From: Octopus sinensis
Taxonomy: Eukaryota
Direction of reading: 5' to 3'
Length of the DNA: 64,000 bases
Assembly (NCBI RefSeq): GCF_006345805.1
Contig: NC_043014.1
Location: 2,232,001 to 2,296,000, forward strand
Shown here one piece after another: positions 55,030-64,000 of this stretch. A model generated the notes under the pieces. It made no database searches. It saw nothing but the letters and a program-made list of their open reading frames with translations, and was not told the DNA's origin. Both the position numbers and the translations under genes were made by a program. Numbering within the stretch: the stretch's first letter is position 1; each line of letters starts with the position of its first letter.

Positions 55030-56379
55030 TATTATTATTATTATTATATGTGTGCATGTGTGTGTGTATGGTTGAAAATTATACAAAATACAAAAGACAG
55101 AGAGAGGTGGGGAGACAACAGAGACTATTGTTTAGACGTTCCAAGCGTAGCCTCTCCTACAGAAAGGAATGAGAAAAAACAGATGGAGGAAGGTAAAAAG
55201 TTGAGAGGCACATACATGTATGTACTTATGCCTAAATAAAGAGCGAGAGAGATACTTGTGTGCTTGTATGCTTGTAGTGTGTGTGTGTGTGTGCGTGTGT
55301 GTTTATGCGTGTGTGTGTGCGCGTGCACGTGTGTGTGTAAAAGGGGACAGTGTCATAAGTCACCGAACTGCTCTTCAGAGTTCTCTACATGCAATCCTTC
55401 ACGTGACAAAAAGATGATGTTGGTAAAGAGACCCGAATAAATTGGTTTCTCATTAGCAAATGTCTTGGTGGAGTACGGGGGATACCTCTTGTACCTCTGC
55501 GTAGAATTAATTCTACGAAGAGGAATGAACTACAGTCGAAAGAACCTACAATAAGGGAGGCTATTCTGTCTGGATATAGAAATTTAGTAATAAGATAGTT
55601 TTATCTATAACGGCAAAGATACAACAGTTCAGCTCTACTATTCAACGATTTTGATGGCTGTTTCAAAAACACGAATTCTTTTGCTCTGTTATGCGGAAGA
55701 TTATAATGTGTTCATAATATTCTGTATTATGGCTCAGTTTTCGATTTCGCTACTCTTTTAAGTTACAAGCATATTAACTCAGTGAAGGAATACTCTCCGT
55801 CTCTGTATCTAAACGAATGTACGTAGTGGTTCCATTCTATCTTCAAGGTATCTTGCGTAAGTCTCGTGTAATTCTTATGAATAAAATCAGAATGTTATAG
55901 TTGCTTTGTATGTCACAACCTTAGAGATACAAGATACTATAAAGGTAAGTTTTAAAGTTAAGATCTTAAGGTTCTTAAGAGCTGGATTCATTTTTAATTA
56001 TGACATATCTGTTTAAACGATGATATCCAGGCAACTGTAGCTCACCATAACATTGTTCTACTTAAAGGGCTGCTAATATTTATCGGCTTCAAAAGAATTT
56101 TTACTTAACATGAACAGAAAATTTTCATCAACATTAATGGTTACATTCATTTGATCAGAACAAAATTATGTTGTTTTTTCTTGTTCTACAATTAGACGTT
56201 AAGTTTCAATTGTATATTACTTTCTTTTTAAAGCCACTCCTTTTTCGTTCATCGTTATAATAAGAGTGATATCAGACAAGGTTGAAAATATCCTTGTCAG
56301 ACAATAAGTTGTTATTTCTTCTACTTTTACCATCAACAATCATCTAAATTATGCCTAGGAGGTAAGTATGGAGACGCAA

Positions 56380-56530
56380 TTTCAATATTGGCGGCGTTAG
56401 AGTTAAATATACTGCGATATCCAGAAAGTTAGCCATTCTTAAATCGGCGCTAATGCTGATATACATGCCTAGAAGATCTTTTCTAAAGTTATTAATATGG
56501 TGATCATTCAGGTTATAGGAAACTGATAAA
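56380..56530 (-). mobile_element. Penelope-like RT fragment
   Basis: FRKDLLGMYISISADLRMANFLDIAVYLT resembles the F...GLKITI..NL..VNFLD.T..L motif of Penelope-like RTs. Confidence 0.5.
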
Positions 56531-57027
56531 ATATCGATTCGGTTCAATAAAAAATTTAGATAAAGTTTGATTTATAAAAATACCTAAGATAAAACGCGTG
56601 CGTGTGTGTGTGTTGATAAAGATAAAACATGTGTATGCGCTAGTGTATGTATGCGTACGTGTGTGTATACATACATATACATGTACATATATACACATAT
56701 ATAAGTGTATGTATACGTGTATATATATATGTGTATATGTACACATGTATGTACAGAAGTACTCACACGGGCTATACATGTATATGTGTATGTATGTATA
56801 TATATATATATATATATACATATTTCTGTTTGTGTTTACACACCCGTCTTCGTCTTTTGTTTTGTTTTTTCTAAATTCTAAATATATATATTATATATAC
56901 TTATATAACTATATATATACATATATATGTGTGTGTGTGTGTGTGTGCGTGTGTGTGTGTGTGCATATATGTATATATATATACACATAAATACGTATGT
57001 ATAGATAGATAGACAGACAGACAGACT

Positions 57028-57061
<34 letters not shown>

Positions 57062-57064
<3 letters not shown>

Positions 57065-57512
57065 GTTTCTTTATTGGCCACGCAGGGCTGCACACAGATG
57101 GGACAAGTTACAAGGTAGAGCTTTTCTTTTGAGGGATGAAAAAAAACAAAAAACAAAAGAAACAAAAAAAGGGGGGGCGTAGGTTTTCGATCAAGAGGGA
57201 TCGTAAAAGGGAAGAAAAGAACAAAAAATAAATAAATAAATAAATAAAATAGAAAATTTTAAAAAAAAGAAAAGGAAAAGGAACAAAAGAAAAGAGAAAG
57301 GAAAAAAGAAGAAAAAAGGGGAAAAAAGGGGAAGAGGAAAAAAACGATCAATAGGGATCGTGTATCACAGTGTTATGATATATGGTGTAAAGGGGAAAGC
57401 AAGTAAAGTTTATCCGTGGGAAGAAAAGCCTACGAAAAAGACCACGGTAACCTTGGTCAATATTGTTATATGTTACCACATTTGTTTGCAAGTGGGTAAC
57501 CCTCTTTTTTCA

Positions 57513-57515
<3 letters not shown>
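57062..57515 (-). mobile_element. 3' UTR remnant of a LINE inserted in a (GATA)n array
   Basis: Minus strand ends ...CCCTGCGTGGCCAATAAAGAAACT followed by (TATC)n; (GATA)n on both sides (57001-57061, 57515-57602); T-rich UTR. Confidence 0.5.
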
Positions 57516-57604
<89 letters not shown>

Positions 57605-57851
57605 ATATTCTGGATTGCAGTCTCTGTCACACAACATATTTCTTAAGTTATAGATTACGGAATGAAGGGGGCGTCGATCAATTACATTTTTTATTAATAT
57701 TTTCCTAACCCTAATTTAGTATTTCTAGTATAACAGTGATATACCTATGACATATTACACCGTGTGTGACCGAAAGCATGTTTGGAAACCAAGTTTGAAC
57801 ACTCACCTCTCACAACATTTTTAGTTTTGGCGCAGAAAATATCATGTGACG

Positions 57852-58040
57852 TCATGACTGGTCGCGAAGGTATACATACTGTGACGTCACATCCGCCTGA
57901 AGCTGGTTTTTTCTATGTCGGCATTGTAGCACATCTGGCATAGGTGTTGTCGCCGTCTCGGGAAAAACAAGACCGACAACACCTATGGTGCTAATCAGCA
58001 GTCCTTGTAGTATATAGGGGACAATGTAGTAATAGGAGTC
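57852..58040 (-). CDS. SLC22-family (MFS organic cation/anion) transporter, terminal exon (TM12 and tail)
   Basis: Acceptor cttcttccgcag|GAC at 58041, phase 0; DSYYYIVPYILQGLLISTIGVVGLVFPETATTPMPD resembles the ..LPET.G.PLP. signature; TGA stop at 57852. Confidence 0.9.
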   Translation of the reverse strand, partial: DSYYYIVPYILQGLLISTIGVVGLVFPETATTPMPDVLQCRHRKNQLQADVTSQYVYLRDQS

Positions 58041-58184
58041 CTGCGGAAGAAGTATAAACATAACAAAGGTGTAAACGAGGTGGACTTAGACATCGCGGCT
58101 AATGAAAAGAAAATGCGGTTAAACACAAGCGGTTTATATATAAAGTACTACAAGGAATAAACATGGTAAATTATATTGAACTAC

Positions 58185-58755
58185 AACTTTTACTTGTTAC
58201 AGTCATTTGACTGCGGCCATGCTGAAGCACCGCTTTTAATCGAGCAAATCGACCCCAGGACTTATTCTTTTGTAAGCCCAGTACTTATTTTATCGGTCTC
58301 TTTTGCCGAACCGCTAAGTAACGGGGACGTAAACACACCAGCATCGGTTGTCAAGCGATGTTGGGGGACAAACATATACACACATATACAGATATATATA
58401 TATATATATATATCCCATTGTGTTCGACGTTTTTTTTTTGTGTCCTGTACCCATATATGCATGTATGTATACATGTAGGTACGTACATATATGTATGTAT
58501 ATATGCATATGATTTATTTATTAATTTGTTTTTATACGACAGAATGCACGCTTCCATTTCTAAGTAAGTTTGTTCTTAATATATATATATATATATACGA
58601 CGGGCTTCTTTCAGTTTCCGTCTACCAAATCCACTCACAAGGCTTTGGTCGGCCCGAGACTATAGCAGAAGACACTTGCCCAAGGTGCCACGCAGTGGGA
58701 CTGAACCCGAAACCAAGTGGTTGGGAAGCGAGCTTCTTACCACACAGCCACGCCT
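58185..58755 (-). mobile_element. SINE family C copy with an expanded internal low-complexity insert, in an SLC22 intron
   Basis: 3' half at 58185-58372 and 5' half at 58598-58755, separated by about 225 bp of TA/TG-rich sequence. Confidence 0.8.
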
Positions 58756-58767
58756 ATATATATATAT

Positions 58768-58973
58768 TTCAAATGGGTGAATGAATTATCCTATGTTTAC
58801 CGTTAATATGGAAAATTCAATGTTGAGAGAGGCTCTCTTTCTTTCCTGATGATAAGATTGCATCTTACACCGTTTATTCCTATGGAATAAAACCATGTTG
58901 TCTTCGAAACATATGTCGAAAGTAAAAGAATCTTATTAACATCCTCGTTCAACTCCATTTATTTACCTATTCG
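58768..58973 (+). mobile_element. Element of about 205 bp (copy 1) containing an HHR, next to (TA)n
   Basis: Near-identical to 61795-61964; starts directly after (TA)n. Confidence 0.8.
58841..58922 (+). ncRNA. Type I hammerhead ribozyme motif (one helix II mismatch)
   Basis: CUUUC CUGAUGA UAAGAU...GUCUUC GAAA CAUAUG UC GAAAG: helix I of 5 bp, palindromic helix III ACAUAUGU, GUC triplet (cleavage after 58917); U at position 10.1 where copy 2 has the canonical G. Confidence 0.7.
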
Positions 58974-59008
58974 TCTATATACATACATACATACATACAA
59001 ACATACAT

Positions 59009-59043
<35 letters not shown>

Positions 59044-59592
59044 TCACACATGCATATACAAGAGATAGAAAGAGTAATGCGGACCGAAAGGATTTGATAC
59101 GGGAAGTTACTAAGCATCAAGTATTTACACGGCTTGTATAGATGACAAAAAACCCCGGATAATACACGATCAACAAAATTTATTACCTGGCGTGTGTTAT
59201 GCACTTCGTCACATATCAAAATAGATAGAAATTTCAATAAGATCGATGCCACCATACAACTAAGAGTTTAACAATAAAAATTGCTAATCATTCTATTATA
59301 AATCGAAGTGTGTTAGGAATGGAGAAGGTGTGGACTGACTAACACATGAGGTGATATCGGATATTCAATATTGTGTAAGGGAAACTAACATGTTCATCAA
59401 CTTGAATATCGATCTCCCCTCCTCCTCTTGATTGGAAATGTCATAAACGCTATTAACGCTAATGGACCAATGTAATTTCAATTTGTTCACAATTCATTTT
59501 GGGGAGCTTATTACATTAATATCAATATGAGTAGTTGATGCAGAAGATGGCCCTGAGAATTTTTTCACAGTCAATACTATAAACATACTTAC

Positions 59593-59674
59593 GAATGATA
59601 TGAAATTCCGTAAATGGAAAGACAACAAGGATCCTAAGATTCCGGCACTCAAGCCAAACGCTACTGCCATGCAT
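59593..59674 (-). CDS. SLC22-family transporter, penultimate exon (TM11)
   Basis: Acceptor gactgtttcag|A completes the split AG|A Arg codon; CMAVAFGLSAGILGSLLSFHLRNFISF; donor TTC|gtaagt, phase 0; 82 bp. Confidence 0.88.
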
Positions 59675-59693
59675 CTGAAACAGTCAATGGACA

Positions 59694-59734
<41 letters not shown>

Positions 59735-59767
59735 TTGGACATTGTATATAAATATATATTTATAGAA

Positions 59768-59825
<58 letters not shown>

Positions 59826-60055
59826 GTGGAGGCGCAATGGCTCAGTGCTTAGGCCAGCGGACTCGCGGTCGTAGGATCGCGGTTTCGATTCCCAGACCGG
59901 GCGTTGTGAGTGTTTATTGAGCGAAAACACCAAAAGCTCCACGATGCTCCGGCAAGGGGTGGCGTCATTTGAACGCTAAAACAATGTGAAGCGCATTGTG
60001 ACCAGCGATGTGTAGCAACATCTGATGGCCTGGTCGGTCACGTGATCACGTGATA
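59826..60055 (+). mobile_element. SINE family B, short variant (internally deleted)
   Basis: GGAGGCGCAATGGCTCAGTG head; tail GGTCGGTCACGTGA. Confidence 0.85.
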
Positions 60056-61223
60056 TATATGTATGTGTGTGTGTATATATGTATATATGTACGTGTGTGT
60101 GTGTGAGAGAGAGAGAGAGAGCGGGAGGGACATGACCTAGTGGTTAGGGCGTTGCTCCAGGTCTAGGAATTGAACTCACGATGTAGCGATCGTGGCTTCA
60201 ATTCCTAGACTGGGCGCTGTGTTGTATTCTTCAGCAGACTGCTTCGTCTCGCGTCGCTCTGCGATCACTTCGACACCTGACACCTGACACGTGGTGGACT
60301 TGTGCACCTGTTCAGACAACGTCGATTCGATGGAGAGAGTGAGAGGGGGAGAGGGAGCTAATGTACGGCATGAACATTTGATTGTATGTGTGCGTGTGTG
60401 GGGGTGCGTGTATGGCGGTGTCTGTGTGTGTCTGTGTGTACGTGTGTGTGCGTGTCTGTGTGTATGGGTGTGCGTGCGATTGTGTGTGTGCGTGAGTGTG
60501 TGAGCATGTGTGTGTGTGCGTGCGTGTGTATGTATGTGTGTGTATACGTGTGTGCATATGTGTGTGTGTGTCTACGTGCGTTTGTGTATATATGTGTATG
60601 TGCGTGCGTGTGTGTGTATGGTGTGTGTGTGGGTAGGTGTGTGTGCTCAACACTTTTCCAAAAATAATTTGATTTACTCACATTTGAAGGGAGATTTATT
60701 TAAAATAAAATTTATTAATTTATGTAAAAAAGAAATCTTAGAAAAAACTGACGCAAAGCATTTGGAACAAAGTTTTCGTATTGCAAATTACCCTTTTTTA
60801 GATTTTTATGTAATTGGCAATTTATCTTTTACGACCATATACATATAGTTAGGTATACATACATATATATACATATAGTTAGGGTCGATAAAGTATCTTT
60901 GAAACACTGGTGGTCGAAGTAATAGACTATCTCCCTCCCCCAACATTTCAGGCCTTCTGTATACAGTAGAAAGGATTATTTCAGTTGTTGTTTTTGTTTT
61001 TTCTGAAGGCAGTGAACTGGCAGAATTGTTAGCACGCCGGAAAAATACTTAGAAGCGTTTCGTCCGTTTTTCCCTTTCGGGTACGATGAAATACGAACCA
61101 GTGAAGTACTGTGGGCGATGTAGCCGATTAGCCCCCTCTCCACAAAACACTGCTGGCCCTGTGCCAAAAATCGAAGCCATTTAGTCGATATATAAAACGA
61201 TGATGAAATCAGTTGCCACTTAC

Positions 61224-61427
61224 CTAATAACCGTTGGGTAAGCTTCGACAGTGATTAGTGTTAATAGCGACAGTGCTGTGGCCACACCCATCTTGCTGAA
61301 GGCAGCCAGGGCAGTCATCATGTAAGGATATTTATGGAGATCGCCCATCATATGTAAGATTAGCACACAGAACATGCTGAAACCTGATGATACAGCGTAG
61401 AGGAACATACACCATCGTCTACCTATA
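61224..61427 (-). CDS. SLC22-family transporter exon (TM9-TM10)
   Basis: Acceptor ttctgtctttttcag|T; IGRRWCMFLYAV...ALAAFSKMGVATALSLLTLITVEAYPTVIR contains the GRR loop and E..PT.IR motifs of SLC22; donor AG|gtaagt; 204 bp, phase 2 at both ends. Upstream exons lie outside the window. Confidence 0.92.
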
Positions 61428-61616
61428 CTGAAAAAGACAGAAGATTTGACTGGACCAAACAATCAGTTATCAGACACAAAACTTTCCCACTTTCGTTTTC
61501 CAATCTTAATCTAACGATACATAGAAACCAACACTGCCCCCTTATTGCTCCCTATAAAACCCGGCAGCCATGTATATATATATATATATATATCTATATA
61601 TATATATATAAATATA

Positions 61617-61698
<82 letters not shown>

Positions 61699-61794
61699 AT
61701 TATATATATATATTGTATGTATATATATGATATATATATATATGTGTGTGTGTGTTGTGTGTATATATGCTATATATATATATATATATATATA

Positions 61795-61964
61795 TTTCAA
61801 TGGGTGAATAAATTATCCTATGTTTACCGTTAATATAGAAAATTCAATGTTGATGAGAAGATTGCATCTTACACCGTTTATTCCTTTGGAATAAAACCAT
61901 GTTGTCTTCGAAACATATGTCGAAAGTAAAAGAATCTTATTAACATCCTCGTTTTACCTATTCG
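61795..61964 (+). mobile_element. Copy 2 of the 205-bp element; HHR damaged by a 23-bp deletion removing the helix I 5' strand and C3
   Basis: (U)UGAUGA GAAGAU...GUCUUC GAAA CAUAUG UC GAAAG at 61850-61926; the deletion falls between two TGA repeats. Confidence 0.75.
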
Positions 61965-62530
61965 AACAGAGTTAGTAAAAGTTTTTATTTTCATTTCACT
62001 AAATTTATCAAGCTTCTGTGTATCTAGTACATACTTCGCCTTTTAGTGTACTTATATATGAATAATATATGGCCTGTGCTAGAAACACCAGCGATAATAA
62101 TTAATTTTATTTTATCGCATTTTGAATTTGTTTACATATTTCTCGATAAATTTTTAGCGTTAGACTATATACCAGAAATCCCTAGTTTGTCGGGTACGTT
62201 CTGCGTCTGCGCAGTGATCTGATTAGTTAGAAAGAGCAAATTAGTAGACGCACATGTGTCTATCGAGGAGCGATTTCAGAATAACAGGAATCTTACTGAA
62301 GAGCCTGCCTGAGTAAATAAATATTATTTTTATTGCTGAAATAGGCGAAACTGCAGTCTAAGATGAACAGAGTTAGTAAAAGTTTTTATTTTCATTTCAC
62401 TAAATTTATCAAGCTTCTGTGTATCTAGTACATACTTCGCCTTTTAGTGTACTTATATATGAATAATATATGGCCTGTGCTAGAAACACCAGCGATAATA
62501 ATTAATTTTATTTTATCGCATTTTGAATTT

Positions 62531-62535
<5 letters not shown>
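61964..62535 (+). mobile_element. Partial tandem (A-B-HHR-A) of a 401-bp retrozyme/pLTR-like unit ending at (TA)n
   Basis: 171-bp direct repeat at 61964-62134 and 62365-62535 (period 401 bp), with a perfect HHR immediately before the second copy. Confidence 0.8.
62290..62364 (+). ncRNA. Perfect minimal type I hammerhead ribozyme
   Basis: AUCUUA CUGAAGA GCCU [36 nt] AGGC GAAA CUGCAG UC UAAGAU: helix I of 6 bp, helix II of 4 bp with G10.1-C11.1, palindromic helix III ACUGCAGU, GUC cleavage after 62358; all conserved core positions present. Confidence 0.9.
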
Positions 62536-62577
<42 letters not shown>

Positions 62578-63241
62578 ATATATACATTCATACATACATA
62601 CATACTTACATACTCATATTCCATTAGGGTTTTAAACACCCTCATGAAATGGCGGAAACGTTGCTCATTTGTACATCAGCATTGAATTATTGAAACGAGC
62701 GCAAGAAAAAGAGGAACCAGTTGAAATGTCGCTGATGTTTATTTATTCCCTTGTTTGTGTTTGTTAGATCTGTTTCTATATTAAATATTCAATACTACAT
62801 CTAAGGTAGTTACAGGCATCTACAACTCAACGGTAGATATAGATGCGGAGATAATATGTTATATATTGAGATCTAATGTAATTGGTTAGTTGACATACAT
62901 GCCCATCACATTACAAATGCTGCATATATGAGTATCTAAATATATATTTGTTGAGATCCCCGCTGTCAAAATTAAACATTACATAACTACGTCGTCATTT
63001 GAACTATGGTCTTCCCAGTTCTCTAACAGACATACATGGCACATATATACATATGTGTGTATGCGCGCCCGCGTGTGTGTGTTTCAACTAGATTATGCTT
63101 TGAAATAGTTTAACTGAGGAAGATCTTGCGTAATGGATGCATTTCCTATGATATTATGCAGATCTGAAACGTACATACTAAATGATTTCAAAATATCACT
63201 GCTTGGTTTGACTTCATTATCACAGATTACGTGGTGGGGGC

Positions 63242-63277
<36 letters not shown>

Positions 63278-63417
63278 CTTATAAATAAAGGCAAACGAAA
63301 AAATTTTTAATGCCAAATATGCCGAAAGTTGGACATATTGTCCATATCCATATAATTTTTCACAATACGCACGCTACTCGAAAAAGGTCTACAGAAATTT
63401 CTAAAAAATTCCATTAT

Positions 63418-63475
63418 TACCATATCGGACCGATTTCAGGGTTAGTTCGTAAGAACCCTCCCTTCGTCAGTGATA
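63418..63475 (-). ncRNA. Type I hammerhead ribozyme (left arm, same strand as the SLC22 gene)
   Basis: UAUCA CUGACGA AGGG AGGGUUCUUACGAACUAA CCCU GAAA UCGG U CCGA UA UGGUA; AUA cleavage triplet. Confidence 0.8.
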
Positions 63476-63605
63476 AACGTATCTTGAATGGGCTGGAATA
63501 TTTTTATTTTGGATGTATTTAGGGTACTTAATTGTGCTCATGACTTAGTGTTTTGCTTCTTCCATGGGTATGAGTAAGTATCTCACTTATTTCTTTTGCC
63601 ATATG

Positions 63606-63663
63606 TATCACTGATGAAGGGAGGGCTGTTATAAGCTAACCCTGAAATCGGTCCGATATGGTA
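63606..63663 (+). ncRNA. Type I hammerhead ribozyme (right arm)
   Basis: UAUCA CUGAUGA AGGG AGGGCUGUUAUAAGCUAA CCCU GAAA UCGG U CCGA UA UGGUA; cleavage after 63658. Confidence 0.8.
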
Positions 63664-64000
63664 ATAATGGAATTTTTTAGAAATTTCTGTCGGCTTTTTT
63701 TCGAGTAGCGTGCGTATTGTGAAAAAATTATATGGATATGGACAATATGTCCAACTTTCGGCATATTTGGCATTAGAAATTTTTTCGTTAGCCCTTATTT
63801 ATAAGTTGTTTATAATTTTAACCTTTAAAGGTATATTTTAATATGCTGGCCATTGATAAAATTTTTTTCGAAAAAATTTCATCGTACATTAAATATATAT
63901 ATTTAGAATTTGATGAAAAAATATCCGCGTAAGGGATTGTTAAAAACAATATTGATGCCGTATATGTATAATCAGACTCATAAAATTAAAAAATCAGTAA

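Larger units (their letters stand above)
63274..63808. mobile_element. 535-bp fold-back element (arms of about 200 bp, spacer of about 130 bp) with an HHR in each arm
   Basis: 63274-63475 is the imperfect reverse complement of 63606-63808; the left end abuts (TA)n. Confidence 0.9.

Overview
AT-rich, microsatellite-saturated animal genomic DNA. The SINE repertoire and repeat load suggest an octopod cephalopod; this is inference from pattern recognition, not a database match. Two partial minus-strand spliced genes are supported by splice sites and phase continuity: (1) the last two coding exons of an uncharacterised low-complexity, charged protein (6076-7249, 2955-3633); (2) the last three exons of an SLC22/MFS organic-ion transporter (61224-61427, 59593-59674, 57852-58040). 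The rest is mobile DNA: at least four tRNA-derived SINE families, a full-length decayed DD34D mariner nested in an older mariner, fragments of RTE, CR1-like, R4/Dong-like (RLE) and Penelope-like retroelements, a Helitron-like element, MITEs, two 180-bp tandem arrays and many fold-back palindromes. The most striking unannotated signal is a set of minimal type I hammerhead ribozyme (HHR) motifs. One is perfect (62290-62364) and sits in a 401-bp partial tandem unit. Two face outward in the arms of a 535-bp fold-back (63418-63475 minus, 63606-63663 plus). Further copies or variants lie at 58841, 61850, 54684, 23598, 23846 and 25754. They belong to several distinct small non-coding element families, most of them abutting (TA)n, consistent with Penelope-like pLTR or retrozyme-type RNAs. 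Nearly all ORFs in the supplied track are microsatellite artefacts. No CRISPR, rRNA or genuine tRNA gene was found.
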